Shown in pieces: positions 18,754-26,350 of a stretch of DNA of 63,635 nucleotides; position 1 is the stretch's first letter, and each line of letters starts with the position of its first letter. Origin of the DNA: an uncultured virus (IMG/VR IMGVR_UViG_3300025635_000020). Lineage: Duplodnaviria > Heunggongvirae > Uroviricota > Caudoviricetes. The translations under genes and the position numbers were made by a program. The notes under the pieces were generated by a model. That model had not been told where the DNA came from, searched no databases, and saw only the letters and a program-made list of their open reading frames with translations. The DNA lies in the IMG/VR virus record IMGVR_UViG_3300025635_000020; one strand, written 5' to 3'.

Positions 18754-19253
18754 TGCAAATAGAACAAGTCAAAGCTGACATAGAATCATGGATAGAAAAC
18801 TTTGTAGAAGTTCCACATCCAGCCTTGGGTGGATTTCCTCCCTGTCCCTATGCACGGGCTGCAAGACTAAAGAAAAGTTATGAGGTTCGTCTAGGAACTG
18901 ATCCTTACTATGATCTCAAAAATCAAGCACGTTGGGGCATGGGCAACCGAGAAGTTATCATCTATGCCTATGATCCTGCAGAGTGGAGTCCAGAACTATT
19001 CTCTGCCAGCATCCACTCGGCCAACACCGAACACTTATTACAAGCTGACTTGCTGGCATTAGAAGATCATCCCGCAGATGTTGAAGATGTCAATGGTGTT
19101 GTAATGAATCAAGGTCAGTATGCACTTGCACTGGTACAAAGTTTGAGCGATTTAAATGCCAAAGCACAACAAATGGCCAGCCGAGGGTTTTATCACGGGT
19201 GGCCAGAACCGTACTTACAAGAATTGTTTCGCCATAGGCAGGACCCAAGATGA
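18753..19253 (+). CDS. DUF1415/DUF6875-like protein with CPY motif
   Basis: SWIENFVEVPHPALGGFPPCPYARAA, LEDHP and LALVQ. Confidence 0.5.
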   Translation: MQIEQVKADIESWIENFVEVPHPALGGFPPCPYARAARLKKSYEVRLGTDPYYDLKNQARWGMGNREVIIYAYDPAEWSPELFSASIHSANTEHLLQADLLALEDHPADVEDVNGVVMNQGQYALALVQSLSDLNAKAQQMASRGFYHGWPEPYLQELFRHRQDPR

Positions 19254-19693
19254 CTTATCAATTTGCTAGAATTGACCTAAGTAAAACCAATTATGAACCC
19301 TGTGTGGAATGGGCCTACATTGAACACTTTGACGATAAAACTCTAGCACGACTAGATGATATCTACAAAACTTACACAACCTACAAGCATTTTGCCAGTG
19401 TCATGCCAGTGTTTCATAGCCGCTATACTGACCCCATGGCTGACGTGATTGGCTACTATGACAATCAAAAACTAGTGGCCTGGAGTTTGATTCGACGTTT
19501 TGACAATCACAATGCCTTGTGCGATCAATTTGCATGGACCTATCACAGCCCCAAAATGCGACTGGGAATAGAAACAATGAAAACAGAATGTGCTATCTAC
19601 AAGGCTCGCGGATTTCAATACCTGTATCTTGAACAGGCACACCTGTACAAAAGTGAAATAGATGGATTTGAATTATTAGGACCACTGGAGTAA
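19250..19693 (+). CDS. Aminoacyl-tRNA-protein transferase (ATE1/Bpt C-terminal, GNAT-like) homologue
   Basis: YYDNQKLVAWS...KMRLGIETMKTECAIYKARGFQYLYL...YK parallels the ATE_C pattern LVAV...SLG....EI..A...G..Y.YLG....YK. Confidence 0.55.
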   Translation: MTYQFARIDLSKTNYEPCVEWAYIEHFDDKTLARLDDIYKTYTTYKHFASVMPVFHSRYTDPMADVIGYYDNQKLVAWSLIRRFDNHNALCDQFAWTYHSPKMRLGIETMKTECAIYKARGFQYLYLEQAHLYKSEIDGFELLGPLE

Positions 19694-19696
19694 AAC

Positions 19697-20032
19697 ATGG
19701 CAGACTTATATACAATTTGGGCAGACAAAGAAGGCGACATCTCAGACATTGACTGGGTCAACGGCATGAAGAGCTTTTTTGATCACTTGATCTCAGAAGG
19801 TAAAATGGAGAGCTATCGTATCACACGATGCAAGATGGGGTTTCGTTCAATTGCAGACATGCCTGAATGGATGATCATTATGGAGTTCAAAGACATGGGT
19901 CAAATGGATCAAGCATTTCGTCGTGTTGCTCCTCTTGAAGGCGAACTTGAAGTCAAACACAAGAGCTTCAATCAATTTGTCTCAGGCAATATCCAGCATG
20001 CACTTTTCCGGGATTGGCCTGATCAATTCTAA
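19697..20032 (+). CDS. DUF6614-like dimeric alpha-beta barrel protein
   Basis: YTIWAD, YRITRCKMGF, PEWMIIMEF and HALFRDWPD. GGAG RBS upstream. Confidence 0.5.
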   Translation: MADLYTIWADKEGDISDIDWVNGMKSFFDHLISEGKMESYRITRCKMGFRSIADMPEWMIIMEFKDMGQMDQAFRRVAPLEGELEVKHKSFNQFVSGNIQHALFRDWPDQF

Positions 20033-20038
20033 CAGTCA

Positions 20039-20111
20039 AGATGTGCTACGCACATCTATTAACTCGCTCGCGCTCGTTAATGGATTGTTTGATTCAAGAG
20101 CGAAGCGATTG
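20039..20111. other. Cluster of GNA-loop/tandem-GA mini-hairpins (possible ssDNA structure or origin signal)
   Basis: AGATGTGC-TAC-GCACATCT (20039-20057); ATTAAC..GTTAAT (20058-20081); CAA-GAGCGAAGCGA-TTG (20095-20111). Confidence 0.45.
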
Positions 20112-20469
20112 TAAGTTTCATCCAGATTCTATGGTCACACTTTGCCCGCACAGGGCAAAGATTGCTTCATCCGAGTTCAGCAAGTCACACAGCGTTAGGG
20201 TATTTGTCAGAGGCGGTTGTCCGGTACCTCCATCCCCGTCTTATTACAACGGCGGTTGATATTGCATACGCTATCACACAACATCAACGTGCTCAATCGC
20301 TTGAGCGTCTTTGGGCCTTTTAAATTCTGTTCAAACAGCAAAACCGCGGCATTTTGCGATCGTCGTCCGGTCAAGGATAGTTGCTGAGTGCTCGCTAGCG
20401 CGGCGAGGCTTCCATTCCCTGCGATCCGTGATCCAGGTCTAGGGCACACGATGTTGGCTTGTGCGGGCC
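20112..20469 (-). ncRNA. Candidate large structured non-coding RNA (family not recognised)
   Basis: Gene-free region with about 10 consecutive stems. G-U pairs and a GCGA tetraloop work only on the minus strand, and a pseudoknot is possible. Confidence 0.6.
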
Positions 20470-20904
20470 TTAACTGCTTAGTTTGTTGATTATGTGGCTG
20501 CCATGGACGCGAACTTGAATATGACCGTTGTACCAGTCTGTTGATTCAAGCACACGCCTTGAAAATTGTTCTCGTGCTTCGACGTAGCTGCATTCTGCTT
20601 TGGATCGACAATAATAAAGTATTTCTCTTTGAAAGTTTTCTTTGCCTAGTAGTTCAACATCACGACTTAATTCGGGGCTGGAGCCGTAGTAGTCTCGCCA
20701 ATCCGAATCAATCTTGCTGCGAATTTTTCGTTTTTTCTTGTTGCCGTTTTTGAGTTTGACTGTTTTCTGTGTAGTCTTTGAGAATTTTGCTAGTTTTTTG
20801 CCTATGTATTTGCGATTGTTGGTAAGATTAGTTATGATATAAACAAAACCCACGCAATCTTCGGGGAGAAAGTCTACTAGTTGATTGTTGTAAAGCCATG
20901 TCAT
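20470..20904 (-). CDS. Small GIY-YIG endonuclease (T4 endonuclease II/DenA-like)
   Basis: GFVYIITNLTNNRKYIGKK, YYGSS, FQREIL, conserved Glu in VEAREQF, and WYN. Confidence 0.8.
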   Translation of the reverse strand: MTWLYNNQLVDFLPEDCVGFVYIITNLTNNRKYIGKKLAKFSKTTQKTVKLKNGNKKKRKIRSKIDSDWRDYYGSSPELSRDVELLGKENFQREILYYCRSKAECSYVEAREQFSRRVLESTDWYNGHIQVRVHGSHIINKLSS

Positions 20905-20948
20905 TCATGCTTAGTTACCTGATTTCTGCCTGCAATTAAAATTTTATA

Positions 20949-22712
20949 TTATGCCATGTCAACATCCGTGTTGTAGCTGGTAAAGCCATTTTCCTTAACC
21001 ACTTTGAGAATGTTCTCCACACGCCCAGCTAGTTCATCTTTGTGACTCACAAGCCAAACGCTCTTGTTGCGCTCCCGGCTCATTTTCTTCAGCAAGGCCA
21101 GGCCATTCTCCACGCCCTGCGTGTCCAAGCCATTGTCCATGAGCTCGTCAATGAACAGCAAATTAATAGGATGATACAGACTTTCCCAAACATCACGAAA
21201 AGCCCAGCTCATGCTCAAGATCAATCTGCCACGCTCGCCGCGACTCAAGTTGTCAAAGTCCAGCTCACGACCCAGTTCTTCAATGCTCACAGTGAGGTCG
21301 TTCATGAATCGAACCGTGTGCGGCAGGCCAATACGATCCAGGTAGTGTGTGAGCCGTTGATTCAAGTAGGCAAGATTTTGATCAATAATTTTCTTACGAA
21401 CAAAACTATCTTTGCTGGTCAACAGCTTGATCAAAAACTCTTGATGGTCTTGTAAACGTGTGAGCTCGTTGATGGTGTCATAGCTGACGGTCTGCAGGGC
21501 CTGCCCCTCCATGTCTGAGATTTGCTCACCGTAAGGATCTACATCAAGTTCACGTGTGGCCAAGTTGCCTTTGAGTGTGGTCAAACTGTTTTTGTGATTG
21601 AGAGCATTTTCCAGCGTGTCATAAAACACCGTGGGAGCCGTGCCCAACTTGCCTAGTTTGGTCAAGGTGTCTTGATGCTCCATTCTCTGTGTGTCGTTGG
21701 CTAGTAGTTGTAGTGCTGTTTCTTGAACCAAGGCCTGTTTGGCCTGCTTTAATTCAGTTTGCTTGTCGTCATGCAGTTCTTGACCACAAGCATGACATTT
21801 GTGGTCGTCTAGAGCTGCAATTTCGTTCTTGAGTTTTTCCAACAGCCGGGTTTGTTTGACATCATCGGCATCGATCTGTCGAATGTACTTGTTGGCTTCG
21901 TTGATGGCCTTTTGCTGAATATGGTATGCTTCTAGGTTTCTATGTGCTTGAATTTCTGACTCAATGTCAATGTGTTCAAGGTCAGCAATGGCCTGTTTGA
22001 GTGTGGCCACATCCTCATCTCTTTTAACAGTCCACAGCCGCTGGCGCTTTCGCAAACTGTCAATTTGTTCTTGAATACGAATGTTGGCTTCTTGTACTGC
22101 ACGAATGCGTATCTCTTCGGCATGTATTGCGTCTTTGGCGGCCTTGTTTAGTTCTTTGATCTTTTCAGCACGTTCGCTCAGTAGAGTAATGCCCAACAAC
22201 TGTTCGATCATGTTACGTTGATCGTTGGCCTTCATGGACAAAAATGCTTCTGTGTAGGTGTTCAAGGCCAAGATGTGTTTGAACATGTCATGACTCATGC
22301 CCAGAATGCCTTCAATGGCATCCTGTGTTTCACGACTGTCGCCTTGTGCTTCATCTGTAGCTGACTGTTCTTCGTCATTGACGTAGAACTTTAACACATT
22401 GGGTTTGCGCCCGCGCTCAATTCGATACGCCTTGCCGCCAACATCAAATTCAAGACCCACCAACATGTTCCGACCATTGGTTTTGTTTACTAGATTGTCC
22501 TTGCGTATATTGCTAAGAGCTGTGCCATACAAGGCATAGCTTAAGGCATTGATGATTGTGGTTTTACCTGTACCGTTGCGACTACCATCACCGCCCATGT
22601 CTAGGTTCTCGCCTAGGACCAGGGTTAAGTCGCCTCGATCAAAGTCAATGCCCTGTGTGGTATTGCCCACACTCATGAAGTTTCGAACAGTAAGATTTTT
22701 TATTGAGATCAT
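20949..22712 (-). CDS. gp46: Recombination ATPase subunit (gp46/Rad50/SbcC-like)
   Basis: Walker A NGTGKTT, CHAC zinc hook, LSRGE signature, LFIDE Walker B and VSH. Confidence 0.95.
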   Translation of the reverse strand: MISIKNLTVRNFMSVGNTTQGIDFDRGDLTLVLGENLDMGGDGSRNGTGKTTIINALSYALYGTALSNIRKDNLVNKTNGRNMLVGLEFDVGGKAYRIERGRKPNVLKFYVNDEEQSATDEAQGDSRETQDAIEGILGMSHDMFKHILALNTYTEAFLSMKANDQRNMIEQLLGITLLSERAEKIKELNKAAKDAIHAEEIRIRAVQEANIRIQEQIDSLRKRQRLWTVKRDEDVATLKQAIADLEHIDIESEIQAHRNLEAYHIQQKAINEANKYIRQIDADDVKQTRLLEKLKNEIAALDDHKCHACGQELHDDKQTELKQAKQALVQETALQLLANDTQRMEHQDTLTKLGKLGTAPTVFYDTLENALNHKNSLTTLKGNLATRELDVDPYGEQISDMEGQALQTVSYDTINELTRLQDHQEFLIKLLTSKDSFVRKKIIDQNLAYLNQRLTHYLDRIGLPHTVRFMNDLTVSIEELGRELDFDNLSRGERGRLILSMSWAFRDVWESLYHPINLLFIDELMDNGLDTQGVENGLALLKKMSRERNKSVWLVSHKDELAGRVENILKVVKENGFTSYNTDVDMA

Positions 22713-23725
22713 AGACTTTGATAAATTTTCAACAACAATTTGTTATCGTAAAATTCACTTTCAATGTTGGTAATTTGATCGGTGACAATTTGATCCACAC
22801 TCTCAAATTTAACGTCGCCTGGCGCGAGATCTTCTTCTACGCCTTGGGTCTTGTTGGGCAACAGGGCCATTTCACGCAGGTTGTAATTATTTACAAAATT
22901 GTCTTTGATAAACCCTGCTTCTTCATAACTGATTTCAATGTCTAAGTTAACACGCACATGCATCTTGGGCTTTAATAACTGGTCAGCGTGATCAATGACA
23001 TTGGCAAGACCATAGACTCTGTAGGTGGGCTGATCAGGCCAGGCATGATACACCGGCTCTTGACCCCACTCTAATACAGTCAGGCCTCGTTCGTCATCGC
23101 CGGCATCGGCATAATTGTGTGGGAAACAGTTGCCAATGTAGGTGATATTCTTTTTGGTTTGCCTTTTGTGGAAGTGACCAGTGTAGACATGTTCAAACCC
23201 ACCAAGGTCCTCTCTGCAGATTTCGCCATGATCGGGCATTTCCACCATGGCATTCATCAAGTAGCCTGGCAGTTCAAAGTGCCCAAACAAATATTTACCG
23301 GACATTTTAGCTAGTCGGCGATGATCATCACCAACGAGCCAAGGAGCAATGACAACGTTCCCAGAACTAAACCAATCATTACAAATTTGTATCTTTGGGA
23401 GGTGTCGAGCCCACTCGACGGACTGAATATCTCGCTTATCACGATAATATAAGTCATGATTGCCAGGAATAAAGAAAACCCGCTCAAAATTGTCATTCAA
23501 GTGCTCCAAGGCTCGCAGGCTGTAGTTCAAAGTAACAATGTTTAAACTGGCACGGCTGTTGTGCCAGTCACCCAAAAACAAACAGGTTTCACAACCTTCT
23601 TCCTTTGCTCGAGCAGTGGCCCACTTTACAAATGCCAAACAATCTTCGTTGTGTAGTGTGCTATTGGACTTTAGGCCAAAGTGGATGTCTGTAAAGATCG
23701 CAGCCTTCCGGAATAGGTTAGTCAT
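22709..23725 (-). CDS. gp47: Recombination nuclease subunit (gp47/Mre11/SbcD-like)
   Basis: Metallophosphoesterase motifs DIHFG, LGD, GNHD and GHFH. The start is placed at ATG 23725. Confidence 0.95.
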   Translation of the reverse strand: MTNLFRKAAIFTDIHFGLKSNSTLHNEDCLAFVKWATARAKEEGCETCLFLGDWHNSRASLNIVTLNYSLRALEHLNDNFERVFFIPGNHDLYYRDKRDIQSVEWARHLPKIQICNDWFSSGNVVIAPWLVGDDHRRLAKMSGKYLFGHFELPGYLMNAMVEMPDHGEICREDLGGFEHVYTGHFHKRQTKKNITYIGNCFPHNYADAGDDERGLTVLEWGQEPVYHAWPDQPTYRVYGLANVIDHADQLLKPKMHVRVNLDIEISYEEAGFIKDNFVNNYNLREMALLPNKTQGVEEDLAPGDVKFESVDQIVTDQITNIESEFYDNKLLLKIYQSL

Positions 23726-23733
23726 AAACAATA

Positions 23734-25326
23734 TTATAGCATGTATCCCATTGCTTCTGCAATCTCTTTGTGAGTCAAATTAAAAGTTTGTGAGCGAATG
23801 GCATCTAATTTTTTCATTTCCGCACAAAATTTTTGGCCGTTAGACGTGGCAGATTGTTGCACCTGTTGTATTACTGTTGCTAACATTGTTTGATCTTGTT
23901 GAGGTAACTCTGCCGATAGCAATTTATCTAAAACTATAATTTTGGCATTGCTTGTTAGGCCGTTGAGGCTAAGCCAAGATGGAGTAGATAGGAAATTGTA
24001 GTAGTAGTGACTGATACCTTTGCTGGTAAGCCATGCAATTAGTTCAGGCAAATAATATACATTTTGTATGTTCACAGTTATACTAACTCCTATTTTCATT
24101 GAACTACATGAATTTTTTCGATTGATTAATTTTTCTAAATTAGTTTCCACAATGTTCCATGACGCACCAGATCTTTCAAGCTCAAATCTTTTGCCTAAGT
24201 TATCAATGCTTACTGTTATAGTTAACCGTTTAAATTTATCAGCATGATCAAAAATTTCTGGATATTGTGTTCCGTTGGTAACAAACTCAAATATGCAGTC
24301 CTGGCTAATCCCAGAATCTATTAGGTGTTGCATAAATTTGATATTCTCCAACATCAACAACGGCTCCCCTCCTAGAAATTCAAAATTTTTAATTGGCGGG
24401 ACTATCTGTTTTAGGTTGCTATAAAATGTATTGCTGTAGTCAGCCCAGGTGTTGGCAAAAAATTTATACACTGGATCTTGTTTTTTGTTTTCATACAAGC
24501 TAAATTTTATTTTTTCAGCAGCAATGCTAGAACTATAAGTTTCGTTACATATTCTGCATTTGAGATTGCATAGATTACCGAGATGCCCGCCAATCCATCC
24601 CATTGAGTCAATTGAATCAGATTCCCAATTGATGTTGCCGTAGATATTTTCTAACTTGAATGGAGTTAATGATTTTTTACTAGTCCCCCCGACAGATTCT
24701 ATTTTTAAACAATTATTACACCCAGGCGGAGTTACTCCTTGCCTAAATTGATGCCTTACTTTTTTAATGTGCTCACTATCTAGGATGTCTAAAATGTCGG
24801 TGGTTTTTATGTTATATGGCGTACCTTGAGTATCCTTGATCAAATCACGATCTTCACAGCATAATCTGGTGGTGCCATCGGGGTTGACATGCAGTCCTGC
24901 CCAGGCATGGGCACACATTCTTTTATCAGTATTGAACAGTGGTTTTATTTCTGTAATATTTTTTTGAAGATGAGACGATTCAGACGATAGGATTACAGAA
25001 ATAGGCTCAGGCAACGATTTGAAATAGGAAGCAGTTGATTCCTGATTAGTGACTACTAATATAAAATATGGAGAAATATCGATGTATTGTAATGTTGCAA
25101 TAACGTGATCTAATGTTGTTTTTTGTATAGGCGCAAAGTTAAAAAAAACAAAGCGTTGTTGAGCACGATATACTGGTTGGTATAACGGTATTAACTTTTT
25201 ATATAAAAAAGAACTTGGGGAATTTTCTATCTCTTCAATGAAAATAGTACACTCAACTTGATACTGGTTGGATAATTTATTTCTGATTGATTGCAACGAA
25301 TCATCTTCAACAAATAGACTAGTCAT
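23734..25326 (-). CDS. Radical SAM protein with twitch/SPASM-like auxiliary cluster
   Basis: CNLKCRIC, GGEPL and VTNGT, with an upstream CAHAW...RLCC...CNNC. The DNA looks AT-rich by eye. Confidence 0.85.
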   Translation of the reverse strand: MTSLFVEDDSLQSIRNKLSNQYQVECTIFIEEIENSPSSFLYKKLIPLYQPVYRAQQRFVFFNFAPIQKTTLDHVIATLQYIDISPYFILVVTNQESTASYFKSLPEPISVILSSESSHLQKNITEIKPLFNTDKRMCAHAWAGLHVNPDGTTRLCCEDRDLIKDTQGTPYNIKTTDILDILDSEHIKKVRHQFRQGVTPPGCNNCLKIESVGGTSKKSLTPFKLENIYGNINWESDSIDSMGWIGGHLGNLCNLKCRICNETYSSSIAAEKIKFSLYENKKQDPVYKFFANTWADYSNTFYSNLKQIVPPIKNFEFLGGEPLLMLENIKFMQHLIDSGISQDCIFEFVTNGTQYPEIFDHADKFKRLTITVSIDNLGKRFELERSGASWNIVETNLEKLINRKNSCSSMKIGVSITVNIQNVYYLPELIAWLTSKGISHYYYNFLSTPSWLSLNGLTSNAKIIVLDKLLSAELPQQDQTMLATVIQQVQQSATSNGQKFCAEMKKLDAIRSQTFNLTHKEIAEAMGYML

Positions 25327-25338
25327 CTTAGTTTTGTA

Positions 25339-26244
25339 TTACTCATCCAGGCTAGACACAACCGGCCCGCTCATGGCAGCCATTGAATGTTTGCCAGAAT
25401 TCTGGCGGGTCCACGAAGGATTGAGCCCGTTCATTTCTAAAATGTCATCACGTATGTTTTGATTCTTCTTTTCAATATTCAGGATACGAGTAAAACTGTT
25501 GGTAATGGCAGCGGTGTAATAGGCAAAGGGATTTTGTGATTTTGACTCGTCAAATTGCAGGCCAATTTGACTGAGTTGTAGTAGTGCTTGCCCGCGCATT
25601 TCTTCGTTGTAGGTGTAGCCGCGCCAGTTCGATCGTGTGGCATAGCGCTCGCACAGTTTCATAAACATCATGGCCAATTTCTTGGTCATGTCGCCGTGAT
25701 CTTTGGAAAACTCTCCTGTGGCCAAATCACCTTTCCAGTGTGAGCGACCCACAATATAAGGCTTTTTCTCTTCGTCTATACGGTAGTGTTCAAAAGGTGG
25801 AAAGTTTACTCTAACATGGTTCAGATCTAGCACAGGAACGTCCACAATGTCTGCCATTGAATCGTCTTCAATAACATCGTCTAGATCTAGAATATCTTCT
25901 AGCTTACGCTTTTTTTGCTCGGCTTTGGTTAGTTTTTTGGGTGCCCGTGGTATATGATCCCAACATGTAATACGGAACACAATGTCTATGTTGGGTATTT
26001 TTTTTGGATCCACAATAATGCCTTCGCGTTTGAGACGGTCAGCTCGATTACGTCTTGCTTCTGCAATGGTACGTTGATTGATTCGTTCTATAGATGGCAA
26101 AATAATATCGTATTGATGGTCAAGATCACGGTCTCGGAACCAGCAGTAGTTGTTTTTGCTTAGGTGAATTTCTTTTAAAATGTCTCTGTTGTTGAGATAG
26201 TTAACTCGCGGCGCGGCTTTTGGTATAAGAGTCATAAGTGACAA
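25339..26244 (-). CDS. gp55: Late transcription sigma factor (T4 gp55-like)
   Basis: NYLNNRD, NWRGYTYNEEM and FDESKSQNPFAYYTAAITNSFTRILNIEKK; it lies upstream of gp47-gp46 as in T4. The start may be ATG 26235. Confidence 0.9.
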   Translation of the reverse strand: MSLMTLIPKAAPRVNYLNNRDILKEIHLSKNNYCWFRDRDLDHQYDIILPSIERINQRTIAEARRNRADRLKREGIIVDPKKIPNIDIVFRITCWDHIPRAPKKLTKAEQKKRKLEDILDLDDVIEDDSMADIVDVPVLDLNHVRVNFPPFEHYRIDEEKKPYIVGRSHWKGDLATGEFSKDHGDMTKKLAMMFMKLCERYATRSNWRGYTYNEEMRGQALLQLSQIGLQFDESKSQNPFAYYTAAITNSFTRILNIEKKNQNIRDDILEMNGLNPSWTRQNSGKHSMAAMSGPVVSSLDE

Positions 26245-26263
26245 AATCTCCTGATTAGTACTT

Positions 26264-26291
26264 ATTGTAACATATTTACAACAGTTGTCAA
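26264..26291 (-). promoter_or_regulatory. Sigma70 promoter for gp55
   Basis: TTGACA-N16-TACAAT with a TG extended -10. AGGAG RBS downstream. Confidence 0.7.
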
Positions 26292-26350
26292 CCTATGGTT
26301 AAAATACGCCGTTTTAAAAATGGTTAAATAAGTGATAGGAACAAACCGTC

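Noticed and set aside
20041..20449. Short ORFs 20041-20259 (+) and 20207-20449 (-)
   Set aside because: No clear RBS or recognisable motif; dense base-pairing explains the region better.
20112..20469. Group I/II intron, tmRNA or tRNA interpretation of the structured region
   Set aside because: It does not interrupt a gene, and I found no P/Q/R/S core, domain V, T-loop GTTCRA or tRNA-like ends.
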